Of a DNA stretch of 64,000 bases, positions 30,786 through 40,608 are shown piece by piece (position 1 is the stretch's first letter; the number at the start of each line of letters is the position of its first letter). The stretch comes from an uncultured Nitrospiraceae bacterium (GTDB taxonomy: Bacteria; Nitrospirota; Nitrospiria; Nitrospirales; Nitrospiraceae). The stretch lies in the NCBI GenBank assembly GCA_963730935.1, contig CAVSTP010000004.1, positions 768,001 through 832,000 of the forward strand, in the 5' to 3' direction. A model generated the notes under the pieces. The model had not been told where the DNA came from. It made no database searches and worked only from the letters and a program-made list of their open reading frames with translations. Both the position numbers and the translations under genes were made by a program.

Positions 30786-30985
30786 TCGTCAGAGATAAGT
30801 GCAGAGATTTCTTTCCCATCAGCAACGAGCCAAGAAAAGGGGAGAGGCTACTTTTCTAACTGCTTTGGGGAAGAGAAACGGTGCCAGGAACCATTTCGCG
30901 GCGCGTGGCGGACTGGTTTAGCGCTCTCTGGTCCTCTTTCCCCTCCTTCACACTGCGATAGACGTAAACGACTCGCCAACGTAGA

Positions 30986-31375
30986 ATGTCACGCTTGGGA
31001 ACCCTCATATGGACGTGCCCCTTGTGTGCAGGTAAAAGAAGTCTCATAGCTGAAAACCTCCACGCCTTTGCAATAGAGGACAGTTTCCCAGTCTCGCCAG
31101 GTCACAGCCTCGTGATCCCGAAGACACATGTTCCGACCTTATTTGATCTGTCCAACGAGGCATATGCGGCCTGCTTCGACCTGGCGAGTGTTATGAGAAA
31201 CCTTCTTCTCAACAAGTACAAGCCTGACGGCTTTAATATCGGAACCAATTGCGGAGAATCTGCCGGCCAAACAATCGCCCACGCCCACCTTCACGTCATC
31301 CCTCGCTACACCGGTGATGTGCCTAACCCTCGAGGGGGAATTCGTCATGTCATTCCCGGCAAAGGCTACTATTAA
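30986..31375 (+). CDS. HIT family nucleotide hydrolase
   Basis: CPLC, FPVSPGHSLVIPKTH, GFNIGTNCGESAGQTIAHAHLHVIPRY (HxHxH triad); exact start uncertain. Confidence 0.92.
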   Translation: MSRLGTLIWTCPLCAGKRSLIAENLHAFAIEDSFPVSPGHSLVIPKTHVPTLFDLSNEAYAACFDLASVMRNLLLNKYKPDGFNIGTNCGESAGQTIAHAHLHVIPRYTGDVPNPRGGIRHVIPGKGYY

Positions 31376-32408
31376 ATGATTGAGCCATTACTTGAGACGG
31401 TCAGTCGCATCATTCGCACTGGACAAAACTCCAATTCCTATAAATTTGCCCTCCTAAGGACCCTTGCCCATATAGCTTCGAGAGAAACGACGAACCCAAG
31501 GACCATATCAAGGGATCGCCTTGCAGAGTGTTTCATTGCCTTTTACTGGGATCTCACCCTGAAATATCACGTACGCCAAGGGACGAATCCGGACAAGGAT
31601 CCTCGAGTGATGCGGCTGATACGAAATTTGCACCTGATTCCAGAAAAGACAGCGTTGCAAGAGTTCGAGGCGACCGACGACTACAAGAAATTGGTGAAGC
31701 AAGTGGCCCGTGAAGCTTTCGATGATGTTATCCCTCGTCTACATACTGTTAGAGGGGGCGAACAGAAACCTAAGCTGTACGAGCAGGACGGAGACAGAAT
31801 CAGGATTGAAGACCGCACATTTGAGTTCCTAAAGAGTCATTCGCAAGTTATTACTCAGCTCGCAATCGTTCGCTGGCTCGGGTCACGGAGCAGTTCACTT
31901 GCTCCTAAGTAGCTTCAGAAAATCTAAGGTGAATACGAACGAAGGGCAACTTTACAGAAGGTTTCTGGGCCATTAAACAGGAAATATCTTGTATTGTGCT
32001 GCTCAAGTGGCTACAAGACCCCACGCTGATCACGTCATACCTTGGAGCTACATCCTAGAAGACAGGGCATGGAACCTTGTATTGAGCTGCGACAGGTGCA
32101 ACCGCAACAAATGGTTTTACCTTCCTCCTGAGAAGCCATTCCTCGACAAGCTTATCCAGCGTAACCAACTCCTAATCCAAGGTAATCTCCAGTCCTTTCC
32201 TAATGGGACAAAGATAAAGAGAGACTTCGCCGAATGGGACGCCCCCCGCTTGGACAAGCATATCCGGGAGTCCTGGCATAAGGCACAAGCAGACGGATTC
32301 AGAATTTGGCAGCCTTCTTTGGATAATAATGGGGGAAAGAAAACGGGATATTATGAATTTCGCGGCATGTGGCGGAGGTTCTTAGAACAGGAATCATGCT
32401 TCCTTTGA
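31376..32408 (+). pseudogene. HNH endonuclease-domain protein, frameshifted near 31870-31990
   Basis: N-terminal NSYKFALLR...FIAFYW; C-terminal YC...HADHVIPWS...AWNLVLSCDRCNRNK in the next ORF. Confidence 0.75.
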
Positions 32409-32890
32409 AAAAGAAACGAGCTTCCGCTCTCTTTGAGTCGTTCGGAAAGATTCTGGATGAGCTAAGACGTAGAGATATACTACGCAGTAGTAATAGCCCA
32501 ATCTCTGACTTTGCAGAGCTGCTTGTTTGCCGTGCCCTAAAGCTTGAGCGTGAGCCGCCGTCCACCAAGGGATTTGATGCGAAAGATCGCCGAGGCCGGC
32601 GGTACGAGATCAAAGGCCGTCGCCTGACTCCCTGGAACAACTCCCGCCAGCTTAGTGCTATTCGTGATATAGAAGGGGAACATTTCCAATTCCTGGCTGT
32701 TGTGCTCTTCGAGAATGACTTCTCGATTTGCCGTGCATGTGTTGTACCGGCAACTCTTGTCACGACCTCCGCGCGATATAGGAAAAATGTTAATGCGTGG
32801 ATACTCCATGCAAACGATAAGCTTTTCCAACATACAGATGTTAGGGACATCACAAATGAAGTGCGACGGGCCTGGCGCAATACCCGCTAA
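32396..32890 (+). CDS. PD-(D/E)XK-like nuclease (DUF6998-like)
   Basis: SDFAELLV...STKGFDAKD...YEIKGRR...RQLSAIR. Confidence 0.7.
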   Translation: MLPLKKKRASALFESFGKILDELRRRDILRSSNSPISDFAELLVCRALKLEREPPSTKGFDAKDRRGRRYEIKGRRLTPWNNSRQLSAIRDIEGEHFQFLAVVLFENDFSICRACVVPATLVTTSARYRKNVNAWILHANDKLFQHTDVRDITNEVRRAWRNTR

Positions 32891-33008
32891 CTCAGACTTC
32901 GTGGCGTAGCGGGCCGGCTCGTTCCTCGCCTCCGCCGTCCCCTCACCGCTGATCGCACCTCACACCGCGATGGACCTGCGCATCCGTAAAAAGTAGAATG
33001 CACCAACA

Positions 33009-33356
33009 ATGGCTAAAGCAAGACCAAGAAGTCCTTCTCTTGCCAATCGCCGACTGATTCGCGGGAAAACGGGTGGACGATGTCATGTGTGTGGTGGACC
33101 ACTCGGTAGAAACTGGCACGCTGATCATGTAAGACCGCATGCAATAGGAGGCACCTCTTTAATTGATAACTACCTCCCATGCTGTGGAATCTGTAATCGG
33201 GCACGATGGATGTCTGGATCGAAAGTGATCCGGCGACTGTTTATGTACGGAGTCGTAGCTCGAAAAGAAATACGAGCAGGGACTACGCTTGGTAAAATGT
33301 TTTTGAAGCAAGTGAAGAAACACGTTCTTGGCAAGAGACTGCGGAATAAGATGTGA
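33009..33356 (+). CDS. Small HNH endonuclease
   Basis: KTGGRCHVCG...WHADHVRPHAIGG...NYLPCCGICNRAR. Confidence 0.88.
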   Translation: MAKARPRSPSLANRRLIRGKTGGRCHVCGGPLGRNWHADHVRPHAIGGTSLIDNYLPCCGICNRARWMSGSKVIRRLFMYGVVARKEIRAGTTLGKMFLKQVKKHVLGKRLRNKM

Positions 33357-33774
33357 ATCGATCCCGGCAGCCGGCGCGTTCCTCGCCTCCCCGTCCGCCC
33401 CTCTCACCGCTCATCGCACCTCATACCGCGATAGACCCCGCCCACGTGAAAACGTAGAATGTCCTGGTTTCTTTGACCCCGGTTGGCGCCACCCGAAAGT
33501 GCATGGCTTGAAACCAGAAGTACGGCCTGAGTTGAATTGACCCGCTGACTCTTCATAAGCAGGTCGTATCATCTCAAGAAGTCATATAGCCTTGGTGGGC
33601 GCTTCCACATGAACCTTTCGCTGGCCTCTCCTGACTCACTGGGCAGAGACCGTGAGTTTCAGAGACGCTCAAAGAAGGAGGAATCGCCACGTGGATTCTA
33701 TTCGTCATGCGCTGAAAGAGATGCAGACTAAACATACTAATCCCTGAGTCTGCGCCGTATGAAAGGAGAGAGCC

Positions 33775-34839
33775 ATGAGACCAAGTACTCGCGCAGTCAT
33801 CGTGATCGCGGGCGCACTTCTGCTTGGTGTCGGATTGGCGGGTGCTCAATCCGCGCCAGTTGCACCCCCTGTTAGAAGTCCTGCGCAAGACGACCAGCCC
33901 GCGATCACTGAACAGCCAGCAGAGTCTCGTCCAACGACGACGCCGGAACGGGAAACGGCGGCACCGGACGAGGGCCGGATCGAAGATCGAGGCGTTCCAG
34001 TCAAGCCGCTGCTCGGCGTTCCGCCCACGGCCACCGCACCTCTCAAGCTTGTGGGGCCCACAGAGAATCTGACGAAGGTTATCAATACGCTCACGCACAA
34101 ACACAAGAGTCTTACAACCGTGATCACCACCGCACCGGGCCTGCAACTCACGCAACCGGTCGAGATTAGCATCCTCTTTATTTCGCCGTGGGGGACCAAT
34201 ACGCGCCTCACGCAACCCTATCAAAATAAATTCGGGAATCGTTTTGTCTACAACGATCCCGAAGGTGAAGGCAAACTGCGGCACCTGCGCATGGATATCT
34301 GGCTGACCGAGCCCAAGCCGGATGGCGGGCACTATAGCTACTCCATGACCTGGCAGGCGGATCTTGATCCGTTGTACGACATCACGGTCAGCCCGTTGAT
34401 GTTTACATTGGTGTCCGATTGCGACACTGTTCCTCTTGTGGGAACCCCGCTCGGCAATAGTGAAATCCGATTTCATTGGGCGGATCCAGCCATTTCTGAT
34501 GGCTGGTACAACTTGTCCTTCAACACCGTGAAAGGCAGGCCTGTGTCGATCAACCAGTTCGCCTGGTCGCGCACAGAATTGAGCGCGAGCGCCGTTGCCT
34601 CCATGAACCTCCATTTACCGGCCATTCTCTGGAAGGAACATGATCCCCATCTGGGGGTCGAATATGGAGGCTTACCAACGTTTTCCAAGGTGCCGCTGCC
34701 GGCCACAACCCAGGACTTCCAGTTCGCTTTATTCCCAGGTCAGCTATATCCCGGCCCGGAAGAAATTCGGGGCAATACATGCATCGCCCGACTCCAATAC
34801 AGGATTACGCGCATCCTCCGCACGTACTCCACTCTGTAA
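33775..34839 (+). CDS. Secreted hypothetical protein with Pro/Thr-rich N-terminus
   Basis: Signal peptide (LLLGVGLAGAQS), AGGAG RBS, 354 aa. Confidence 0.75.
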   Translation: MRPSTRAVIVIAGALLLGVGLAGAQSAPVAPPVRSPAQDDQPAITEQPAESRPTTTPERETAAPDEGRIEDRGVPVKPLLGVPPTATAPLKLVGPTENLTKVINTLTHKHKSLTTVITTAPGLQLTQPVEISILFISPWGTNTRLTQPYQNKFGNRFVYNDPEGEGKLRHLRMDIWLTEPKPDGGHYSYSMTWQADLDPLYDITVSPLMFTLVSDCDTVPLVGTPLGNSEIRFHWADPAISDGWYNLSFNTVKGRPVSINQFAWSRTELSASAVASMNLHLPAILWKEHDPHLGVEYGGLPTFSKVPLPATTQDFQFALFPGQLYPGPEEIRGNTCIARLQYRITRILRTYSTL

Positions 34840-34972
34840 GGGGAATCGAAAGGAAGAATCCAGATATGAAAGCCAACTAACAAGAAAAGGGGAGAGGCTA
34901 CTTTGCTAAGTGCTTGAAGATTTGGGAACCGGTGCAGGAACCATTTTGCGGCGCGTGGCGGGCCGTGTGATA

Positions 34973-35305
34973 TTACGCTGCCGCGTCATCAACCCCGGCA
35001 TGGCTGTATTTCGTGTGTTTCAATAGTGCGCCGGTCTTCCAATTGGCGTACGCGCCATAGGCATCCACGAGAATTCCCTTGAGTCCACTCGACTCTTCGA
35101 GCGCATACACAACCGATGAATCGTCCGGGTCAGACATTCCTTCGAAGCGGTGATGCTCGACAATTGTAAGGTCATCGCTTTTGAAAGTCCGGTCACCTGC
35201 AGTAAGCTGCCCGTCCTCTTTGGCAACCGTAAACTCGGTGGTGAATCCGCGCTGCCGCAACCCTTCCACCGCCTCCACCATGCTTTTGTAGACGTGAGTT
35301 GACAT
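34973..35305 (-). CDS. Conserved hypothetical protein (family often mislabelled phosphoribosylpyrophosphate synthetase)
   Basis: EAVEGLRQRGFTTEF, HRFEGMSDPDDSSVVYAL, KGILVDAYGAY; GGAGGAG RBS. Confidence 0.8.
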   Translation of the reverse strand: MSTHVYKSMVEAVEGLRQRGFTTEFTVAKEDGQLTAGDRTFKSDDLTIVEHHRFEGMSDPDDSSVVYALEESSGLKGILVDAYGAYANWKTGALLKHTKYSHAGVDDAAA

Positions 35306-35602
35306 TGCCACTCCTCCTTGAACCTTCTTGCTTCTTTAATAGTATGGGCCAGCGACACGAGGCAAGGGACTAGCGAATGCCCGAGAGTTAGAAAGCACAG
35401 AGGAAGTGGGAACATTCTCAATTTCGCGCAGTGTGGCGGGCCGGCGCGGTCCTCGCTCATCCCCTCACCGCTCATCGCACCTCACACCGCGATAGACCCC
35501 GCCCACGTGTACCGTATCCAAGCTTGCTCTTCGTGATGCATCCCTCCTCGGCTTTGCGCTAGACTGCCTCCATCAGTCTGCATTCTCAATCTGAGGCCTA
35601 GC

Positions 35603-36628
35603 ATGACAGAACCCCCCGCCGCGTCGGTCCCGCCTCATGCCCAACTGGTGCAGATGGGCACGGCGCATTGGATGTCGCATGTTCTTTACGTCGCTGCGAA
35701 ATTGAGCCTGGTCGATCATATGGCCAAGGGGCGGACACGAGTTGATGACCTGGCCGCTGTAACGAAGACTCACTCCGCTTCGCTCGGACGCTTCCTCCGG
35801 ACGCTCGGGCATCTTGGGCTCGTGACCGAAGACGGAGAAGACCGCTTCACGTTGACGCCGCTTGGTGAGGCGCTGAAGACCGGCGCGCCCGGTTCGGCGC
35901 GGGCAGCAATCCTGACGCTGGCAAGCCCTTGGATCACGAACGGATGGACACACTTACTCGAGTCGGTCCAAACCGGAAAGCCGGGATTGGACCAGACCCT
36001 CGGCATGCCCATTTTCGACTGGCTAGCAAAGCATCCTGAAGAAGCCTCGCTGTTCAGCGAGACCATGGTGAGTTTTCATGGAGCCGAACCGGCGGCAGTG
36101 GCCGCGGCCTACGATTTCTCCACGATGAAGACGGTCATAGACATTGGCGGGGCAACGGGGAATCTCTTGGCTGCGATTCTCGCTCGATATCCTGGCTTGC
36201 GCGGCATCCTGTACGATCTTCCGCACGTTGTTCGTGATGCTCCGGCCCTGCTGGAGGCTCGTGGAGTGACTGATCGTGCAACAATCACGTCCGGCAGTTT
36301 CTTCGACCGTGTGCCAAGGGGTGGCGACGCGTATCTGTTGTCGCACATCATTCACGATTGGTCTGAGGCGCAGTGCCTGACAATACTGGGCCACTGCCGG
36401 AGCGCCATGGCACCGTCCAGCCGCGTCCTGATCATCGAAATGGTCCTGCCGTCCGGCAATGCGCCACATCCCGGCAAGATGCTCGACATGATGATGCTCG
36501 TCGGTCCCGGAGGCCAGGAACGGACCGAGCCAGAGTATCGCACGCTTCTCAGCAAGGCTGGGCTTCGGTTGACCAAGGTCGTGCCCACGAATTCTGCCGT
36601 AAGCGTCGTGGAGGCAATGATCGCCTAA
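35603..36628 (+). CDS. O-methyltransferase (dimerisation domain + Methyltransf_2)
   Basis: VIDIGGATG, LYDLPHVV, GSFFDRVP, LLSHIIHDWS, GGQERTEPEY. Confidence 0.92.
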   Translation: MTEPPAASVPPHAQLVQMGTAHWMSHVLYVAAKLSLVDHMAKGRTRVDDLAAVTKTHSASLGRFLRTLGHLGLVTEDGEDRFTLTPLGEALKTGAPGSARAAILTLASPWITNGWTHLLESVQTGKPGLDQTLGMPIFDWLAKHPEEASLFSETMVSFHGAEPAAVAAAYDFSTMKTVIDIGGATGNLLAAILARYPGLRGILYDLPHVVRDAPALLEARGVTDRATITSGSFFDRVPRGGDAYLLSHIIHDWSEAQCLTILGHCRSAMAPSSRVLIIEMVLPSGNAPHPGKMLDMMMLVGPGGQERTEPEYRTLLSKAGLRLTKVVPTNSAVSVVEAMIA

Positions 36629-36983
36629 TTATTAAGCCGCAGAAGGAGCGACAAGAAGAAGGGGACACGGAGGGAGAGAAGGTGTCATCAACTATTTCGC
36701 GGCGCGTGGCAAGCCGGCGCGTTCCTCGCTTCCCCGCCCCGTTCCATCCGATCGCTCATCGCACCTCACACCGCGATAGACCCCGCCCACGTGAAACCGT
36801 AGAATATCCTCGCTTCTTCCATAGAAGTCAGACTCGAAAGGCGGTTAGGTCTTGCAATCCAACAAAACAGATGACGCTTTGAAAGATCTCGCTGAGAGGC
36901 AGACGATCGCAGGAGACATAGAAGCCGCCAAAGCAACTGCATCCCAAATCACCTACTTCAATTACCGGCGGCAAGTCTGGAGA

Positions 36984-37162
36984 ATAAGAAAGGGGACAGG
37001 CTACTTTACTAAGTGCTTGAATGGTCTTCCACGCTTCCTTAAGGTCGATTCTAACCTCAGTGCCACAGCGGTGATCGATCGCCACGAGTTCGTCCCAAAC
37101 GGCTGTTGTCGATTCACACACGTGCGCACCGCCCTCAATTCATGATCAAACAGGGCTCATCG
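36984..37162 (-). mobile_element. Truncated copy of the 3' end of the RAYT transposase gene plus its terminal repeat
   Basis: Near-identical (about 4 differences in 180 bp) to 41444-41624. Confidence 0.92.
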
Positions 37163-37506
37163 GGGATAAGAAAAGGGACAGGCTACCTTTCTAAGTGCTT
37201 GAAGAGTTTCGAAGTGGTGCCACCAACCATTTCATGGCGCGTAACGGGCCGGCTTACTCACCGCCCCTCCCAGCAGGACATCTTGCGGACTCCCCTCGTT
37301 GACGTCGTTTCTACCGCGCTCTGCATGCCGGTCTGGATTCGAAGATAAATTTGCCTTATCCTGCACGGCTAAACCTGCTTAGGGAGTATCTTCGTTGAGC
37401 TCCGACCCAGCGTTCCGATCGCTCTGTATCCGGGAGACACTTGCCTATCGAACCTAGGAGGTTGTTGAGACGACCTATGGAATGAACCGGTCAGGGGAGG
37501 TGCACC

Positions 37507-38445
37507 ATGAAGCTGAATAAGCTTGCAGGCGTGACGTTCGGGGCAGCAATCGGCCTTTTCCTTCTCGGATCAGAACGCGCGCTCACTCAGCCTCAGCAAC
37601 CACTCGTCGGTTCCGGATTTGACCTGGATTTTCACAAGAGACAATTCCCGTCAGGAATCCCCGTGGCAGATATCCTGCCTGTACCCGGTCGAAAGACGGA
37701 AAGCGGTCCCAATATTCCTCTCCCACAGGACCATTTCGATGTTACGACTGTCGGACCGGTGGAACCGATTCCGAAGATCGGCTTGCAGGGGTTGGTTCTC
37801 GCTTCTACCCAGCCGGATCTCGTCATCCGGGGGCTCAGTTTCACCCCGGAAGGGAAGGTCCGCTACTTCGTCCTCAACCTGAGTACCCAAGCCGTCGCCC
37901 CTCCCTTTGTCGTCGATCTACTCTACAACGGTCAGCGGCGCGATACAGTCAAACACAACGGTCTGCCTCCGCTCAGTCAACAACGCGTGGAGTCCTCATT
38001 GGCCAATCCGGGTGGCTGCGCAATTGCACAACTCCGTGCAATTGCAGATACACAGCAGACCGTGGCGGAGACGAACGAAGCCAACAACACGGAGGTGAAT
38101 TCACAAGTTCCACCCTGTCCCGACCTGATCGTCCACATCGAGAAGGAGGAGACGGACACGCTTCACTATCGTGCGAAAATCAAGGTGACCAACAAGGGAA
38201 ACCGAGCAGCGGGCAGACCGTTCATCGTGTTTGCCCGTGAATCGAGCGGACCGGCGGGCTATATCACCGTGCCGCCGGCAGAAAAGCGGATCGACGATCT
38301 TGAAGCAGGGGCAACCACGAGCTTTCACTATGGCGGCAATCATCTGAAGACGTCGGCGGTCGGCTATCATGCCATTGTGGACCGTTTTGACGACATCAAG
38401 GAATCCGATGAGACAAACAACAATGTTTCGAAAACGCTGCCGTGA
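37507..38445 (+). CDS. Secreted protein with two CARDB-like Ig domains
   Basis: Signal peptide; PDLVI...ADTQQTVAETNEANN and PDLIV...VTNKGNRAA...VDRFDDIKESDETNN. Confidence 0.85.
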   Translation: MKLNKLAGVTFGAAIGLFLLGSERALTQPQQPLVGSGFDLDFHKRQFPSGIPVADILPVPGRKTESGPNIPLPQDHFDVTTVGPVEPIPKIGLQGLVLASTQPDLVIRGLSFTPEGKVRYFVLNLSTQAVAPPFVVDLLYNGQRRDTVKHNGLPPLSQQRVESSLANPGGCAIAQLRAIADTQQTVAETNEANNTEVNSQVPPCPDLIVHIEKEETDTLHYRAKIKVTNKGNRAAGRPFIVFARESSGPAGYITVPPAEKRIDDLEAGATTSFHYGGNHLKTSAVGYHAIVDRFDDIKESDETNNNVSKTLP

Positions 38446-38744
38446 GGGAACCATCCACTAATGAATCACATCTGCGAGACGATCTTCGTCCCAGCTGCAA
38501 TTCGTATCTGCGGATGAATGAACCATTTCGCGGCGCGTGGCGGGACGCACGTTTCCGCGATTCTCCGCCTCGCTCCTCCTACCGGAGCCGCGCACGCTAC
38601 GCCAGCATTTTCACTGCAAAACAAAGTAGCCTGTCCCCTTTTAACCCCACACAGCACACATGGTCACTGGTTTCCACAACTGACTTGGTATATGTTCTGC
38701 GCCTGCGGTTTCAGAACACGACTTCATCTCAGGGGAGACTTACG

Positions 38745-39251
38745 ATGAACATCAGATACCTTATCCTGTGGCTAGCGCTAGGGCTGGTCACCGCCGGAGG
38801 CTGTTCGAAGGTGAAGGAGATGTACGAGGATAGGAGGTACGAGATCAAGGTACGCACGAATTTCGACGAGTCCATCGACTTTTCTTCGTTTCATACCTTT
38901 GCCCATTCGGGGATGACGGACAGAGGACGAAAGATCGCGGCCACTGACAACAAATCGCCCTTGAGGACGAGGATCAAGGAAATCGTCAACAAGCAACTCG
39001 TCGCCAAGGAACTTCGGCAAGTCGGCTTGGAAGACCGCCCAGACCTGCTCGTAGATTTATTGTTCGGCATGATGGATGCCGATAAATATCAGGAAGCCAC
39101 CTTGGTAGTGAATCTGGCTGAATCGTCGAAAAAGAAGCGGGTGTGGCAGGCCGTGATTACCGAAACGGTGGGAGAGAGCTTGGAGAAGAACTTTGAATCG
39201 GTCGACAAGGGAGTCGCTAAGGCATTCAAAGACTATCCCCCGGCCAAATAA
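38745..39251 (+). CDS. DUF4136-like lipoprotein
   Basis: Lipobox TAGGC, VRTNFDESIDFSSFHTFA, PDLLV, TLVVNL...VWQA, FKDYPP. Confidence 0.8.
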   Translation: MNIRYLILWLALGLVTAGGCSKVKEMYEDRRYEIKVRTNFDESIDFSSFHTFAHSGMTDRGRKIAATDNKSPLRTRIKEIVNKQLVAKELRQVGLEDRPDLLVDLLFGMMDADKYQEATLVVNLAESSKKKRVWQAVITETVGESLEKNFESVDKGVAKAFKDYPPAK

Positions 39252-39521
39252 AGAGAAGAGAAACGGGACATTCTGCTTTTTCTAATCCATAAGGAACCAT
39301 TTCGCGGCGCGGGGCGGGCCGGATCGTTCCTCGCCTCCCTGCCCCTCCCCTCTCCCTCACCGCTCATCGCACCCCTCACACCGCGATAGACCCCGCCCAC
39401 GTGAAAAAGTAGAATGTCATAGTTTCTTTCTCATGCTCGGCACTATGGCATCAGGAATTTTGGACAATCGCGACATAAGTTGATTCACGCGACGCCGGCC
39501 ATCTAGCTCAGAGAGACCACT

Positions 39522-40307
39522 GTGTTGGTGCACATCATCGCCGATTACGGAATGGGAGACCTCGCGTTCGCCGAGGTCGTCCAACGGATCAAGGTGCATT
39601 TGCCCGACATGGAACCAGTATTGACGCCTGTCCCGGCTTTCTCCACAATCGCGGCCGGCTTTTGCATCGCACAGATCGGCCTGCATCCTTCGCCTCCAGG
39701 TACGCTCATCTATCACAACGTGGCCCCGCGGGAAGACGATCCCGCCGCCCGTGCACAGAACGCCGGCGAGCGCCTCGCTTACGCACGTCTGCCAACCGGC
39801 GTCCGCGTGATCGGGGTAAACGCAGGACACGCCCTTTCCTTTATAAAGGATGTGGCCGAGAAGCTCCGCTGGGCAGCCTCTTCGGCCGAAGGAAGCCAGT
39901 TTCGATCACGAGATGTGTTTCCTCAAGCGGCGGCAGCCATTGCGCTGGGCCTGCCCGCCGCTTTGGGTAACGACCTCGATCCCGAAAGCATTCCTTCGCC
40001 TCCCGTCTCGGCGGTGGCATATGTAGACGGCTACGGCAACCTCAAGACGACCATTGCCTACGACCCGAATCGAGTTCGACCCGGCAAGCGGATCACCGTG
40101 CGGATCAACGAGCGTCAGCATGAGGCCACGGTCAGCGATGGGGCGTTCGCCGTGCCTCACGGCGAACTGGCATTCGCACCGGGCAGCAGCGGTTGGACGC
40201 TACGTGATGGAAGCAACGTGCGCTGGGTAGAGCTCTTCCTTCGAGGTGGGAACGCCTGGAATCTGTTCGACCGTCCGGCGCCAGGATCGTTCATCGCCAT
40301 CCACTAA
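39522..40307 (+). CDS. SAM hydroxide adenosyltransferase / chlorinase-fluorinase family (DUF62)
   Basis: IIADYG, SQFRSRDVFP.AAA, YVDGYGNLKT, PGSSG...VELFLRGGNA. Confidence 0.85.
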   Translation: MLVHIIADYGMGDLAFAEVVQRIKVHLPDMEPVLTPVPAFSTIAAGFCIAQIGLHPSPPGTLIYHNVAPREDDPAARAQNAGERLAYARLPTGVRVIGVNAGHALSFIKDVAEKLRWAASSAEGSQFRSRDVFPQAAAAIALGLPAALGNDLDPESIPSPPVSAVAYVDGYGNLKTTIAYDPNRVRPGKRITVRINERQHEATVSDGAFAVPHGELAFAPGSSGWTLRDGSNVRWVELFLRGGNAWNLFDRPAPGSFIAIH

Positions 40308-40608
40308 TGCGCCTATAGTCTTCACGTGTAGCCCTTTGATCCCAGATCTCAAAATAATCGGCATTTCACAGTTGCCAAAGAATGGTTGAGAGGAATCATT
40401 TCACGCCGCGTGGCGGCCGGCTCGTGCCTCGCCTCCTTGCCCGGACTTCACCCCTCACCGCTCCTCGCACCTCACACCGCGATAGACCCCGCCCACGTGA
40501 AAAACGTAGAATGTCTTGGTTTCTTTGACCGAAGTGAGACTTGATCCGGTTAGGTGAGATCACTTCCCGACGCGTCGAGAATTCTTACATGATAGGACTG
40601 ACAAGATC

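Noticed and set aside
33574..34614. 346 aa minus-strand ORF
   Set aside because: Shadow of the + strand secreted protein, which has an RBS and signal peptide
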